Positions 50,585 through 64,000 of a DNA stretch of 64,000 nucleotides are shown one piece after another. This DNA is from Mobula hypostoma (taxonomy: Eukaryota). The DNA is taken from assembly GCF_963921235.1 (NCBI RefSeq), contig NC_086098.1, forward strand, positions 7,626,001-7,690,000. The letters are read 5' to 3'. How positions within the stretch are numbered: position 1 is the stretch's first letter; every line of letters starts with the position of its first letter. The translations under genes and the position numbers were made by a program. The notes under the pieces were generated by a model. It did no database searches, was not told the DNA's origin, and was given only the letters and a program-made list of their open reading frames with translations.

Positions 50585-53500
50585 GAGTATAAGTACTGGG
50601 CAAAAATCTTAGGCACATGTAAAGAGCTTGGGTGACTAAGGCTTTTGATTCTGATATGGCTCTCTGTTGTGGACTGAAAGTGGGAAGGGGACAGGGAGAG
50701 GGGAGGGAGCAGGAGCCGTGAGAGACATTCAGTAATGATCAATAAGCTAATTGTTTGGAATCAAATGACCACACCAATGTCTCAGGGTTGGGTGTTTACT
50801 GCACCCGCACCATCTCCTGTCCCTGGCACTCCTTCTCTGCCACCTATCACAAACCCCTCCCATGGCATTCCACACTTGCCTTCCCCAACATTGTTTGCTC
50901 CCACCAGATTTACAAATTCGCTCTGAGCGCCACGTTGACAAATACAGTACTGTGCAAGAGTCTCAGGCACTCCAGCTAAATACATTTTGATTTATTAATT
51001 GAGATACAGCACAGAATAGACCCTTCTGGCCCTTCAAACAGTGCTGCCCAGCAATCACTCGATTAATCTTAACCTAACCTTGGGACAATTAACCTACCAA
51101 CCGGTACATCTTTGGACTATGGAGGAAACCGGAGCACCCAGAGGAAACCCACACAGCCATGGAAGTTTGTACTGTAAAACATTATGCTAACCATTTTCCC
51201 CCCCTGTATACAAACCTAAGACTTTTGCCTAGTGCTGTATGTACCGTGCTGTACACCTTGGTCCGAATGAACATAATTTCATTTGGCACTATACCTGCGT
51301 ATGGACGAATGACAAACTTGGACTTGAACTTAACTGTTCCTCTGAGATTAACAAAGCCAATCTCACCTCCAGAATCACCCTGTTCTCCTTTATACAGATT
51401 GTCTTGTGCTCTGATAATTAGCTTTTTTTCTGCTTGCGTTTCATGATCACGCTTACGTGTCCAGAACATTGGAGCAATACTAACCCTTGAGAGCAAAGCA
51501 CGCAGATAAGATTTTATCCATATTGATATATTTTTTAATTTCAACCCATCATGCAAAAGATATCAATTTGATGACTGAAGGTATAATATTGTTGAATCCA
51601 TTATCCTGCATCATCAACAATGACACAAACATTGATTATATGTTAAAAATGATCAGTCAATGTGATCCTGCCAACATTGTGAAGAAGATCAAAACAAAAG
51701 CTGGACTCCAAATGGAAACAAGTTCCAACCTTGTACCAGAATTGTGTAGACATGTTGTGAATTGTAAGTTGTTCTAAATACTTATTTTATAAAAGTAAAT
51801 TAAGATGGTTCATCAAAGGATGACATGCATGGCTTTGCTACTCTGGAGACTTATAGAAACTTACAGGATAGAAGGGATGGTGAAGTGGAGATACTTTTCT
51901 ACCACAGGAGGTGTAAGACTCTCCTTCCCTCCACTAGACTGCAGGCCACCCTTAGGCAAGGAGTAGCACTGCATAACCCCCCGATCAGGGTCATGTGAGG
52001 CCACGGGAACAAGTGATGAATGGTCGTATCAGCAGATGGCGTATATCACAAATCAGGTTATGCAACCATTGATGCCAGGCAGACAATCTCTGAAAAGTAT
52101 TGATAATGGCAGGAGTCTCCCATCTTGTGAAGACACTGCTTAGAAGAAGGCAAAGGCAAAGTACTTCTGTGGAAAATTTTGCCATGAACAATAACACAAC
52201 TAATCCTAAACCTAACCCTACCTCAGTAAATATATTTAAGACAAGATTGGATAGATTTTTGAATGGCAGGGGAATTAAGGGTTATGGGGACAAGGCAAGT
52301 AGATGAAGATGAGTCTATGACCAGATCAGCCATGATCTTATTGAATGGCAGAGCAGGCTCGATGGGCCAGATGGCAGACTCCTGCTCCGTTTTCTTATGT
52401 TCTTACGTTCTCAACAATCCTGATCATGAATAGACCATGATTATCTATGTCATACGATGTGACACATAACAAATGAATGAACAGCACAGAAGAAGGCCAG
52501 CTGGATTAAAAATGTAAGGAAGCTTTGGTGCATGACATTAGTGAGGCTGGTGTCAGAGCTAAGGGACAGTTTTGGACTTTTCACTAATAGTAGTATACGT
52601 TTGCACTGAAGGTGATTCAAGAAAGGCTTTGTTAAATTGATGTGGAAGGCAAGTTGAACAGGTTGGACCACATGTCCAAAAAACATAAGAGCAGAGTTAA
52701 GCCATTTGGCCCACTGAGTCTGCTCTGCCAATCCACCATGGCTGATTCATTATCGCTGTCAACCCCATTCTTCTGCCTTCTCCCTGTACCCTTTGATGCC
52801 CTGACTAATTAGCATATAAATAATTACCTGGTATTTCACAATTATAGTAACACAGATTTCAAAATGATATTAACATTCTTTCAAAATTATATGACCATGA
52901 TATAAAAGTTGCCTGCTGCATGGCAACAAAGGCTATGTGTGTGGGAGCATTTCAGTTACTGTGTGACTGTGCACCTGTGCAGCTTAGAGGAGACAGTGAG
53001 TATGGGCCTACTCTATTTAAACTCTCCTTAGTACAGCAAACGTCACTCCCCCAGTTCTCAATTTCTCTTCTTTACAGAAAGAATATTCTGAGAGTAGTGA
53101 AGGGCCTGGCAAGGCACAGAAGATGTCATGGTCATCCACTGCAGCCAAGGAAGTGTCCAGTTTGTGACACTCATCCATACGACTGGAACTAGACTTCTGA
53201 GGTCAATAGAGTGGAACTATTCCAGTGCAATGGCTCTTCCACTTCAAAAATTCTCTGGCACAGGTTTCCTGTCCTCATTGGACATGATAGACAAGCAACT
53301 AAACCAAATATGGTACAGTGTTTTACTTATGGCTAGGGTGAGCTGAATAGGGAGAATGGAGTTAACATTGTTTGAACGTTTATTTTCCTAACTTCTGGTA
53401 CTCCCCCCCCCCCCACTTCCCCTTTTCTCTTTAGAACATTAGAATGTTGGAACATTAGAACATTAGAAAGTGTTTGAGAACAACAGGCCCAGCAAAGCTT

Positions 53501-54039
53501 GTCAAGTTCCTAATCACGTAGTGTGTTGAAATAACTATTGAGTTCAGATTTGGAAGTCCCTAAGGTACTACTCTCAACTAGACAACTAGGTGGTTTGTTC
53601 CATGTGTCCACAACTTGCTGTGCAAAGAAATGCTTCCTGATGTCTCCCTTTAAACAGTCTCCACCTATGGCCCCATGTCCTTGATGATGGATTAATTTTG
53701 AAGTAACAGCTGGCATCCACTTTACCTATACCCTTAATGATTTTGAACACCTCTGTCATGTCTCCTCTTATCTACTTAGGCTAAAAAGATTTAATTCTTA
53801 CAATCTATCTTCATAGCTCATACCCTGCAGACCTGGAACGAGTCTATTCGCCCTTCTCTGGACTCTCCAGTGCCTTCACATCCCTCACAAAATAAGGAGA
53901 CCAAAATTGTACACAGTACTGAAGGTGTGGCCTCACAAGAGCATTACACAGCTTAAGGAGAGCATCTCTAGACTTGAATTCCACTGAGTGCATTAATAGT
54001 CCAACATTTTATTAGCCTTCCTAATCGCTTCTGTGCATT

Positions 54040-54490
54040 GTCTAGATTTTCTCTTCTTCTATTCTGCATTCTGGCTTTCCTCTCACCCTTCCTCTTCTCC
54101 TCACCTGCTCCTCACCTCCCTGTAGTGTCCCTCCTTCTTCCCTTTTTCCCATGGTCCACTCTCCTCTCCTATCAGATCCTTTCTTCATCAGTCCTTTACC
54201 TCTTCCACCTATCTCCTTCCAGCTTCTCACTTCATCACCCCTTTGCCACCCACCAACCATCCCCTTCAACTGGTCTCATCTGTCACCTGCCAGCTAGTAC
54301 TCCTTCCCCTCCTCCCCCACCGTCTTATTCTGGCTTCTTCCCCCTCTCTTTCCAGTGCCGATGAAGGGTCTTGGTCTGAAACATTAACTGTTTATTCCCC
54401 TCCATAGATGCTGCCGGACCTGCTGAGTTCCTCCAGCTGTTTGTGTGTGTTGCTCTGGATTTCCAGCATCTGCAGAATCTCTCTTGTTGA
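54040..54490 (+). mobile_element. Penelope-like 3' UTR with decayed hammerhead
   Basis: Homologous to 21252-21600; ccgatgaagggtcttggtctgaaac at ~54358-54382. Confidence 0.75.
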
Positions 54491-55324
54491 AAATTTGAAT
54501 GCTTATTTTTGATAACAGCAAACTAACAGATAACAGATAACTTCTGAAACCTGAAAATAAGGATGATCTTTTTTATCAAAGACCATCTGAAAAAAGAAAG
54601 CAGATATTTGGTGAAACATGGTTGGAGTCAAATATGATGCTTTCCATAAGACACCAGATGTAGAATCAGGCTATTTTACCTAATTGAAGCTGCTCCTCCA
54701 TTCAGTCATGGCTGATTTATTATCCCTCTCAGCACTGCCTTCCTGCCTTCTCCTGGTAACTTTTGACAGCTTCGCTAATAAAGAATCTATCAAACTCTGC
54801 TTTAAATATACCCAATGACTTGGCCTCCAAAGCTGTCTGTGGCAACGAATTCCATAGACTCATCTTGTGAATAAGGAAATGTATTTTTATTTATTATTTA
54901 TTTATGGCATACAGAGCAGAATAGGCCCTTCCATTCCTTCCGGCCCTTCCAGTCACACCTCCCAGTAGCCCCTGGTTTAATCGAGCCTAACCATGGGACA
55001 ATTTACAATGACCAATTAACCTCCCAACCAGAGGAAACCCATGTGGTCATGGGGTAAATGTACCAATGTCTTACAGGCAGCTGCTGGAATTGAACCCGTT
55101 TTGGTGGAACTGTAAAGCACTGTGCTAGTGGCTATTCTACCGTACTGTCTCCATGTAAAAGTACAAAGGAAACTAGAGCTCAGCTAACATTGAAATTCAC
55201 AGGTGAGGTTCTCTACAACACCTCCAGCGAATTCTCAGGCACGGAAAATGAAAGCTCTGAAGAGTTTCCTCAGCCCAGCCTTTTCTCCATGAGCATCTTT
55301 TATCACAAGACTTTCTTTGAGTTA

Positions 55325-56490
55325 TTTTCAAGTATATAAAGAGTAAAAGACGGGTGAGAGTAGATATAGGACTGATAGAAAATGATGCTGGAGAAATTGT
55401 AATGGGAGATAAGGAGGTGGTGGAGGAACTGAACGAGTATTTTGCATCAGTCTTCACTGAGGAAGACATCAGCAGTATACTGGACACTCACAGTCTGTGT
55501 TGGGGCCGCTTCTTTTTACGTTGTACATCAACAATTTGGATTATGGAATAGATGGCTTTGTGGCTAAGTTTGTTGATGATACAAAGATAGGTGGAGGGGC
55601 CGGTAGTGCTGAGGAAACAGAGAGACTTGGATAGATCGGAAGAATGGGCAAAGAACTGGCAAATGAAATACAATGTTGGAAAGTGGTATGGTTATGCACT
55701 TTGGCAGAAGAAATAAATGGGTGGACTATTATTTAAATGAGGAGAGAATTCAAAGTTCTGAGATGCAACGGGACTTGGGAGTCCTTGTACAGGATACCCT
55801 TAAGGTTAACCTCCAGGTTGAGTCGGTAGTGAAGAAGGCGAATGCAATGTTGGCATTCATTTCTAGAGGAATAGAGTATAGGAGCAGGGATGTGATGTTG
55901 AGGCTCTATAAGGCGCTGGTAAGACTTCACTTGAAGTACTGTGTGCAGTTTTGGGCTCCTTATTTAAGAAGGATGTGCTGACATTTGAGAGGGTTCAGAG
56001 AAGATTCACTGGAATGATTCTGGGAATGAGAGGGTTAACATATGAGGAACGTTTGTCCGCTCTTGGACTGTATTCCTTGGAGTTTAGAAGAATGACGGGA
56101 GACCTCATAGAAACATTTTGAATATTGAAAGGCATGGACAGAGTGGATGTGGCAAAATTGTTTGCCATGATGGCGGACTCTAGTACGAGAAGGCATGATT
56201 AAGGATTGAAGGGCGCCCAATCAGAACAGAGATGCAAAGAAATTTTTTAGCCAGAGGGTGGTGAATCTATGGAATTTGTTGCCACGGGCGGCAGTGGAGG
56301 CCAAGTCATTGGGTGTATTTAAGGCAGAGAATGATAGGTATCTGAGTAGCCAGGGCATCAAAGATTATGGTGAGAATGGAGGGGAGTGGGACTAAACGGG
56401 TGAATGGATCAGCTCATGATAAAATGGCAGAGCAGACTCGATGGGCCGAGTGGCTGACTTCTGCTCCTTTGTCTTATGGTCTTATGGTCT
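55325..56490 (+). mobile_element. CR1 fragment with internal deletion
   Basis: Same family as 23686-26945; jumps from the linker region into the RT near 55490. Confidence 0.9.
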
Positions 56491-56767
56491 AAAAAGTGGC
56501 TGCCGAGTAAACTCTACAAAGATATCACTGACAGTAGGAAAATCAAGGAGGAGTAAAAAAAATGAAGAAAATTCTAATCAGTGGGAAAATAACCACTTCA
56601 ATAAATATTTCAGAGCTCTAGTACTAAAATCTATTAGCAAATCCAATAATCTGTCTCATCATGTTGATTAGCTACTTTGTCTTCATTTGACAAATTATCT
56701 ATTCCTTCACTGATTGTGAATTCTACCTCTGGCTAAGCCTATATTTTTTATGTATTCTGGTACTCAC

Positions 56768-57076
56768 CTTCACTGAGTTATTTTTAACCAGGTGATTTGC
56801 ATCCTGAACTCTTGCTGACTGATTTACTTTGTGGACCCTTGTATTCTTCAAAGCAGTTTGGCTGCTCTCCATTTTTCCAGGTGACATGAATTGTGCTTTA
56901 ATTCTGGCACAGCTGTCATTTCCATCCAGATATGACTCTTCACTGTCAATGTCTCTATTGGGGAAGGGGAACATTGCAGCCAAGCTAATATTTTGATCTT
57001 TTAAAGAGGAAAACTTCACAGAAGAAATTTTGGAAGGGAGATGAGCATTGACATGTATAATATATGATAACCTATC
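56768..57076 (-). CDS. Candidate host exon, product unknown
   Basis: Non-repetitive-looking open frame of more than 100 codons ending in a consensus donor AAG|gtgagt. The 5' boundary is uncertain (weak acceptors at 57076/57071, or ATG at 56974). Confidence 0.4.
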
Positions 57077-58872
57077 CTTATAATATATGGTAAAAATATT
57101 GCTTGATTTATTTCAGTAATGACTATTCCATCTCACCTGCAAGGGAAATAGTCTATTAATATAACCATTAAGATAAGGGATCTGGGAATACAATTGAAAG
57201 TTCAGACCTCTCTCAGCCACATACAACTTATCCAATTTCTCTTAGATGTTTAGCTTGAACTCATAATCACCACTTCTGCTGGCAGCTCATTCCACACTTA
57301 TACCACTCTGTGACTGAAGAAGTTTCTTTTCAAGTTCCCTTTAAATATTTCACATTACACCTTTATGATATAACCTCTAGTTCTTCTCACACCTAACCTC
57401 AGTGGAAAAAGCCTGCTTGCATTTACCCTACCTACACCCCACAAAATTTTGTACACTTTTCTCAAATCTCCCATCATTGTTCGACGCTCCAGGAAATAAA
57501 ATCCTAACCTATTCATTCTTTCACTCTTGCTCAGGTCCTCAAGTTCCGACAGTAATGTTGGTTACCTAGCCTAACCACCTCAAATACAAGGCTTTTATCA
57601 ATCTTAAATTGATGTATCCTCTTTTTAGAGATTTTATACAATACACGATCTGGTCTTTTTGTTGTAATCCTGAAGTTAATATAAACTCTGTTACTGGTTG
57701 TCCAACATGTAAAAGATTAACGCCTTGATTAAAAGTTCTTCTTTGATTTTATATCTTCCATGCTCTTGAATCCTCTACTCCATAGTGGAATTCATAATTT
57801 TCCTGAGCAAATTATGCCAATGGGATTTGACAGGGCAGTGAAGAAGAATTTTGATACGAGCTGTTAAGACACAAGAAAAAGTTTTAACAATTATTACAGA
57901 AAAATAATTTTACAGTGGATATGAATTATTTTTGATCTATTGATTGATTTCAAGGTATAGAGTGAGTAATTGTCACAATGCACTGATGTTTATAGCGAAA
58001 TAGCCAAAAAAAAGGATTAGATTGATCTTAGAAAAAGTTAAAAGGTTGGCACAACATTGTAATCTGAGAGTCTGTACTATGCTGTAACGTTCTATCTTCC
58101 ATCTCAGCAAGAACTGAACAATTATTAGCTCAAACCCACATTAGAATAATAGACCTTAAGACCATAAGCCATAAGGTATCAAAGGTACATTATATGTCAG
58201 AGAAATGTATACAATATACACCCTGAAATGCTTTTTTTCACAACTATTCATGAAAACAGAGGAGTGCCCCAAAGAATGAATGACAGTTAAATGTTAGAAC
58301 CCCAAAGTCTCCCCCAGCTCCCCTCCCTCCTGCACGTAAGCGGCAGCAAAGCAACGATCCCTCCTCCCCTCACAGGCAGAAAAAGTATCGGCATCTACCA
58401 CCAAGCACTCAAGCATGCAGCAAAAGCAAGAGCAAAGACACAGACTTGTAGTACTCCAAAGACTAAGCGTTCACCCGGTTTTCGACATACCACGGGTTCT
58501 CTCTCTCCCTAATAAGGGGGAAAGAGGTGTCTCTGTTTCACAGCGAGAGGGGAGACATAACAAACAACTCGCTGGTTTACAATGTTAAAAGTCCATTGTG
58601 TCGCTTTTTCTGAGTTCTGTGCCCAAAGATCTCAGGTCTCGGTCAGCTTCCACCTTAAATATACCCACGGACTTGGCCTCCACCGCAGTCTGTGGTCAAG
58701 CTTTCCACTCTCTGGCTAAAAAAAAAATCCTCCTTACTTCTGTTCTAAAGGGTCACCCCTGAATTTTGAGTTCAAACCTCTAGTTCTGGTTACCCCCACC
58801 ATCGGAAGTATCTCTCCACATCTACTATATCTAGTCCTTTCAACATTCGGAAAGTTTCATTGAGATCCCTGT

Positions 58873-59085
58873 TTCTTTCTTTCTTTCTTTTCTTTAGCCC
58901 TTAACTCCGAGTGGAGTCATTGGGATGCCATCATGACGGCGTTTTCTTATTTTACAAGGTCGAGTTGCTAGCTTGACGCTCAACCCAGCATGGATGGAAA
59001 GCGTGCAAGGGAGCCAGCTGGATTAGAATTCGGGAGTATTCGCACCAAAGTCCAGCGCTGATACCACTAGGCCACCAGCCAGCTA
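58873..59085 (-). mobile_element. tRNA-derived SINE (~213 bp)
   Basis: 11-bp TSD gagatccctgt; A-box-like TGGCCTAGTGG; degenerate B-box GAATTCTAATCC; (GAAA)n tail. Confidence 0.8.
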
Positions 59086-59153
59086 GAGATCCCTGTGCAT
59101 TCTTCTAAATTCCAGTGAGGCCCAAACCTGCCAAACACTCCTCAAGTGTTAAC

Positions 59154-59783
59154 ACGAGGAAATCTGCAGATGCTTGAAATTCAGGCAACACACACAAAAT
59201 GCTGGTGGAATGCAGCAGGCCAGACAGCATCCATAGGAAGAAGCACAGTCGACGTTTCGGGCTGAGACCCTTCGTCAAGACTAACTGAAAGAAGAGACAG
59301 TAAGAGATTTGAAAGTGGGAGGGGGAGGGGGAGATCCGAAATGATAGGAGACGACAGGAGGGGGAGGGACAGAGCTAAAAGTTGGAAAGTTGATTGGCAA
59401 AAGGGTCATAAGGCTGGAGAAGGTAGAGGATCATGGAACGGGAGGCCTAGGGAGAAAGAAAAGTTGAAGGGAGCACCAGAGGAAGATGGAGAGCAAGCAA
59501 GGGGTTATTGTGAGAGGGACAGAGAGAGAGAAAAAAAGTAAAAATAAGTAAGTAAATAAATAAATAAATAAATAAGGGATGGGGTAAGAACGGGAGGTGG
59601 GGCATTAGCAGAAGTTTGAAAAGTCAATGTTCATGCCATCAGGTTGGAGGCTACCCAGACGGAATATAAGGTGTTGTTCCTTCAACCTGAGTGTGCCTTC
59701 ATCTTGACAGTAGAAGAGACCGTGGATAGACACATCAGAATGGGAATGGGATGTAGAATTAAAATGTGTGGGCACTGGGAGAT
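59154..59783 (-). mobile_element. Penelope-like element 3' end with hammerhead motif (59247-59282, C3-to-U)
   Basis: LPVPTHFNSTSHSHSDVSIHGL...EQHLIFRLGSLQPDGMNIDFSNF; imperfect 14-bp TSD cctca(ag/ta)tgttaac. Confidence 0.9.
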
Positions 59784-60679
59784 CCTCATATGTTAACCCC
59801 TTCATTCCATCCCTACCTCTACCCCCTCCACCTACCTTCATATGAGCCACACACTTTGTCACAAAACCATCAATTCCATTATCCAAATCATTAACAAATA
59901 ATGTGAAAAGTAGCCGACCCAATACTGACCCCTGAGGAACACCACTAGTTACTGGCAGCCAACTAGAAAAGACTCCTTTTATTCCCACTCGCTGCCTCCT
60001 GCCTGCCAGCCATTCCTCCATCCATGCCAGTATCTTTCCTGTAACGCCACAGGATTTTATCTTGTTAACACCTTGTGTGTGGCACCTTATCAATACCTTC
60101 TGAAAATGACAAATAAATGATATCCACTGCCTGTCCCATATCCACCCTGCTTGTTACTTCTTCAGAGAACTCTGACAGATTTGTCTGGCAAAATTTCCCT
60201 TTACAGAAACCATGCTAACTTTGATTTATTTTATCATTAGTCTCCAAGTATCTCAAAACCTCATCCTTAATAATAGACTCCAACACTTTCCAAACCACTG
60301 AGGTTAGGTTAACTGGCCTATAATTTCTTTTCTTTTGGCTTCCTCCCTTCCGAAAGAGTGGAGTGAAATTTCCAATTTTCCATTCCTCCAGGACCATGCC
60401 AGAATCAAGTGATTCTTGAAAGATCATGACCAATGCATCTGTTATCTCCACAGCAACCTCTCTCCGGACTCTGGGATGTAGTCCATCTGGTCCATGTAAT
60501 TTAGCCACGTTAAAACCTTTGAGTTTGCCAAGTACCTTTTCCTTAGCAATGGCACTCAATCCTGTGCCCTAACTCTTGTTACCCTTTGGCGCATTGCTAG
60601 TGTTTTCCGCAGTGAAGACATGCAAAGTACACATTAAGTTCATCTGCTATTTCTTTGTACCCCAAATATCCAAGGGTAT

Positions 60680-62060
60680 CAGGTAATACGGAAAGATAGG
60701 CAGGAAGGCAGAGGAGGTGGGGTATGCTCTTGGTTAGAGTTGAGATCAGGGCGATTGTGAGAGACGATATAATATCTACGGAGCAGAATGTTGAATCCAT
60801 CTGGGTAGAGGTTAAGAATCGTAAAGGAAAAAAATCACTGGTGGGAGTTGTCTATAGGCCACCTAATAAATATATTGCAGTGGCAGAGGCGATTAACCAA
60901 GAAATTACTGAGGCTTGTAAGAACAGAACAGCAGTTGTCATGGGGGATTTTAACTTCCACATAGGTTTGGGTGAATCAGGTTGGTCAAGGAAGTCTTGGA
61001 AAGGACTTCATAGAATGCATCCGTGATGGCTTTCCTGAGCAGCATGTTAGTGAACCTACAAGGGAAGATATTATCTTAGATCTAGTCTAGTGCAATGAGA
61101 CAGGTAAGATTAATAATCTTGTAGTCAGGGTTCCTCTTGGAAAGAGTGATCACAGTATGATTGAATTTCTCATTCAGATGGAGGATGAAATATTTAGATC
61201 CAAAACTAGTGTATTATGCTTGAACAAGGAGGACTACAATGGGATGAAGGGATGAGGGAGGAGTTGGCTAATGTGGATTGGGAGCACAGGCTATTTGATA
61301 GGACAGTTGAAGAACAGTGGAATACTTTCAAAGAGATTTTTCACAGTGCTCAACAAAAGTATATTCCAGTCAAAAGTAAGGACAGTAAGTGTAGGGAGAG
61401 CCAGCCTTAAATAACTAAGGAAATAAAAGACAGTATCAAATTAAAAGCTTTTGTGTACGAAGTTGCAAAGAGTAGTGGGAGACTGGAGGATTAGGAAAAG
61501 TTTAAAAAGCACCAGGGAACAACTAAACAAGAAATAAGGAAAGGGAAGATGGAGTATGGAAGTAAATTAGCACAAATATAAAAACAGATAGCAAAAGTTT
61601 TTATAAATATATAAAGCAGAAGAGGATGGCTAAAGTCAACGTAGGTCCCTTGGAAGACGAGAAGGGGAAATTGATATTGAGTGATAAAGAAATCGCCAAG
61701 GCATTGAACGACTATTTTGTGTCGGTTTTCACGGTGGAAGACACATCTAATATGCCAAAGGAGGACGTTATGGACGAAATTGGAGGTGAGGACCTCGATA
61801 AAATCACTGTCACTAAAGAGGTAATGATGAGAAAACTAGAGGGCCTGAAGGTAGCTAAGTCCCCTGGTCCTGATGGGATGCATCCCAGGGTGCTGAAGGA
61901 ATTGGCGGAGGTTATAGTAGACGTGTTGGTAATCATTTATCAAAACTCTCTAGACTCTGGGCAGGTCACTGCGGATTGGAAGACAGCAAATGTCATGCCA
62001 CTCTTTAAAAAAGGATGTAGGCAGAAGACGGGCAACTATAGGCCAGTTAGCTTAACATCA
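60680..62060 (+). mobile_element. CR1 ORF2 endonuclease/linker fragment
   Basis: ESIWVEV, VYRPPN, MGDFNF, SPGPDGMHPRVLKEL and NYRPVSLTS motifs. Confidence 0.9.
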
Positions 62061-62449
62061 TTCTTCCGCGGTGAACCAGGCAAGGGCGGACACACACCCC
62101 AGGTTCCCACCGATCGTACCTTTACACCCTGTGAGCCTCTGATCGTTTCCCATGAACCAGTCCTCCAAACTTCCACCAACTTGTGGGGGCACACTGCTCT
62201 TTCCAGGGTTCATGGCGTGTCTCGTGCCTCAGCAAACCTGCTATTTTTATCCCCCATGCTGGGATATCACCTGTCCATCAAACTTCAAATAGTTCAAGTT
62301 CAAAGCAACTGGTCTGTCAATATCTGAATTATGTTTCTTTCTCGTTAATCTCTCTCTTCTCTCTTATTAGCATTTTGAATGTTTCTCCATTGTCTTCCAT
62401 TATCTCTCTCATTAGCATCATCCGTCCGGTAGCTCTGCTTGGCGTCACA
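62060..62449 (-). mobile_element. Possible LTR fragment
   Basis: Abrupt junctions with the flanking LINEs; the minus strand begins TGTGACGCC. Confidence 0.35.
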
Positions 62450-62454
62450 GATGA

Positions 62455-64000
62455 CATTAGAATCTTTCCATTTAAATAAAATGGATCTTCTGGCTATTAG
62501 TGTAACAAATGCAATCAAACGTCAAGCTGAAGGGGATAAATGATTAGAGTCCATCGCTGGTAATCCAAAAATTGCAGTAATAGGATGAGGTTGTAAATCA
62601 ATATGCAAAACTACTGAAATAATATCAAAAATGTCTTTCCAATATTTTTCCAAAAGAGGGCAAGACCAGAACATATGTGTCAAGGAAGCTACCTCAGAAT
62701 TACTTCTGTCACAGACAGGATTTATATGACCATAAAAACGAGCTAACTTATCCTTGGACATATGAGCCCTATGACCCACCTTAAATTGTATCAAAGCGTG
62801 TCTAGCACACATTGAAGAAGTGTTAACTAGTTGGAGAATTTTCTCCCATTTCTCTATGGGTAACGATACCTGAATTTCTCTTTCCCATTCATTCTTAATT
62901 TTATCAGATGTACCTAGATGTATTTTCATAATTAAATCATAAATAATTGCTATTAAGCTCTTCTGATAGGAATTTAAACCTAAATTTTTTTCTGTAATTT
63001 CAGTTTGATGTGGTATCGGAAAAGTAGGTAAAATAACATTCAAAAAGTTTCTAATCTGTAAATATCTGAAAAAATGAGACCTAGGCAAATTATATTTATT
63101 AGACAACTGTTCAAAAGACATGAGGCAATTATCCATGAATAAATCACGAAAACATGTTCGTTTTCCATAAAAGAAAAGTTTGATCAATTCTGGATGGTTG
63201 GGAAAAAAAATTGGATATAATAGGACTTGATCGGATAAATTTATTCAATCCAAAAAATTTATGAAATTGAAACTCTATTTGTATTATATGTTTAATTATT
63301 GGATTAATCATTTGTTTATTCAGTTTAGTAAGTGCAAAGGGAAGCGAAGTCCCTAAAATAGAAGCCAATGAGAACCCCTGTACAGACTCACACTCGAGGT
63401 TCACCCATCGTGGACATTGAATTTCATCCAAATCTTGTATCCAAAACGTTAGATATCGAATATTAATTCCCTAATAATAGAATCTAAAGTTTGGCAATGC
63501 CAAACCACCATCCTTTTTTGATTTCTGTAAATATTTATTATTTAACCTAGGATTTTTATTCTGCCATTATATATGAAGAAATTTTAGAATCAATAAAATC
63601 AAAAAAAGATTTAGAGATGAAGTATGGTACTGCCTGAAATAGATTCAGAAATTTAGGTAAAATAAACATCTTAATAGCGTTAATCCAGCCAATTAATGAT
63701 AAGGACAACGGGAACCATTTAGTAAGCAATTGTTTAACATGGTCAATTAAGGGTAAACAGTTAACTTTAAATAGATCCTTATGCTTCTTGGTAATTTTAA
63801 CACCCAAATAAGTAAAATAATCAGTAACCAGTCTAAATGGTGATTGTCTATAGATTGGGACATGCATATTTAATTGGAAAAGCTCACTCTTATTAAGATT
63901 CAATTAATAACCAGAGAAACTACTAAACTGAGCAAGTATTGATATTACTGCAGGGATGGATTTCTCTGGGTTAGAGATATATAGTAACAGGTCATCTGCA
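62455..64000 (-). mobile_element. L1/Tx1-like LINE ORF2 (RT C-terminus to CCHC finger), disrupted
   Basis: ADDLLLYIS at the window end, LNLNKSELF, FTYLGV and CDRS...THMFWSC motifs. Confidence 0.9.

Larger units (their letters stand above)
58640..60660 (-). mobile_element. Degenerate CR1 hosting a tRNA-SINE and a Penelope-like insertion
   Basis: GPDGLHPRV, NYRPVNLTS and VTSGVPQGSVL motifs. Confidence 0.85.

Noticed and set aside
51182..51777. Overlapping 124-aa (-) and 96-aa (+) ORFs with donor-like sites, including GEQGDSG
   Set aside because: Acceptors are weak, there is no recognisable homology, the Gly-X-Y run is too short for collagen, and strand cannot be decided.

Overview
Eukaryotic (vertebrate) genomic DNA, mostly decayed and nested transposable elements. 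The mix of CR1, Rex1/Babar-like, L1/Tx1-like, RTE, Penelope-like, Tc1/Tigger and hAT elements resembles a cartilaginous-fish (probably ray) genome; this is inference. Almost all long ORFs in the track are LINE reverse-transcriptase/endonuclease fragments or their antisense shadows, and no host gene can be named. Three signals stand out. (1) A 511-bp non-coding retroposon with a 14-bp TSD carries a recognisable HDV-like ribozyme core with an extra hairpin between L3 and P3'. (2) Several Penelope-like 3' ends carry minimal type-I hammerhead motifs and are repeatedly inserted as TSD-flanked inverted pairs. (3) Four related exon-like units lie on the minus strand; two are intact 132-nt, phase-0, stop-free cassettes with splice signals. 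Element boundaries are approximate unless defined by a TSD or TIR, and all identities are manual counts.
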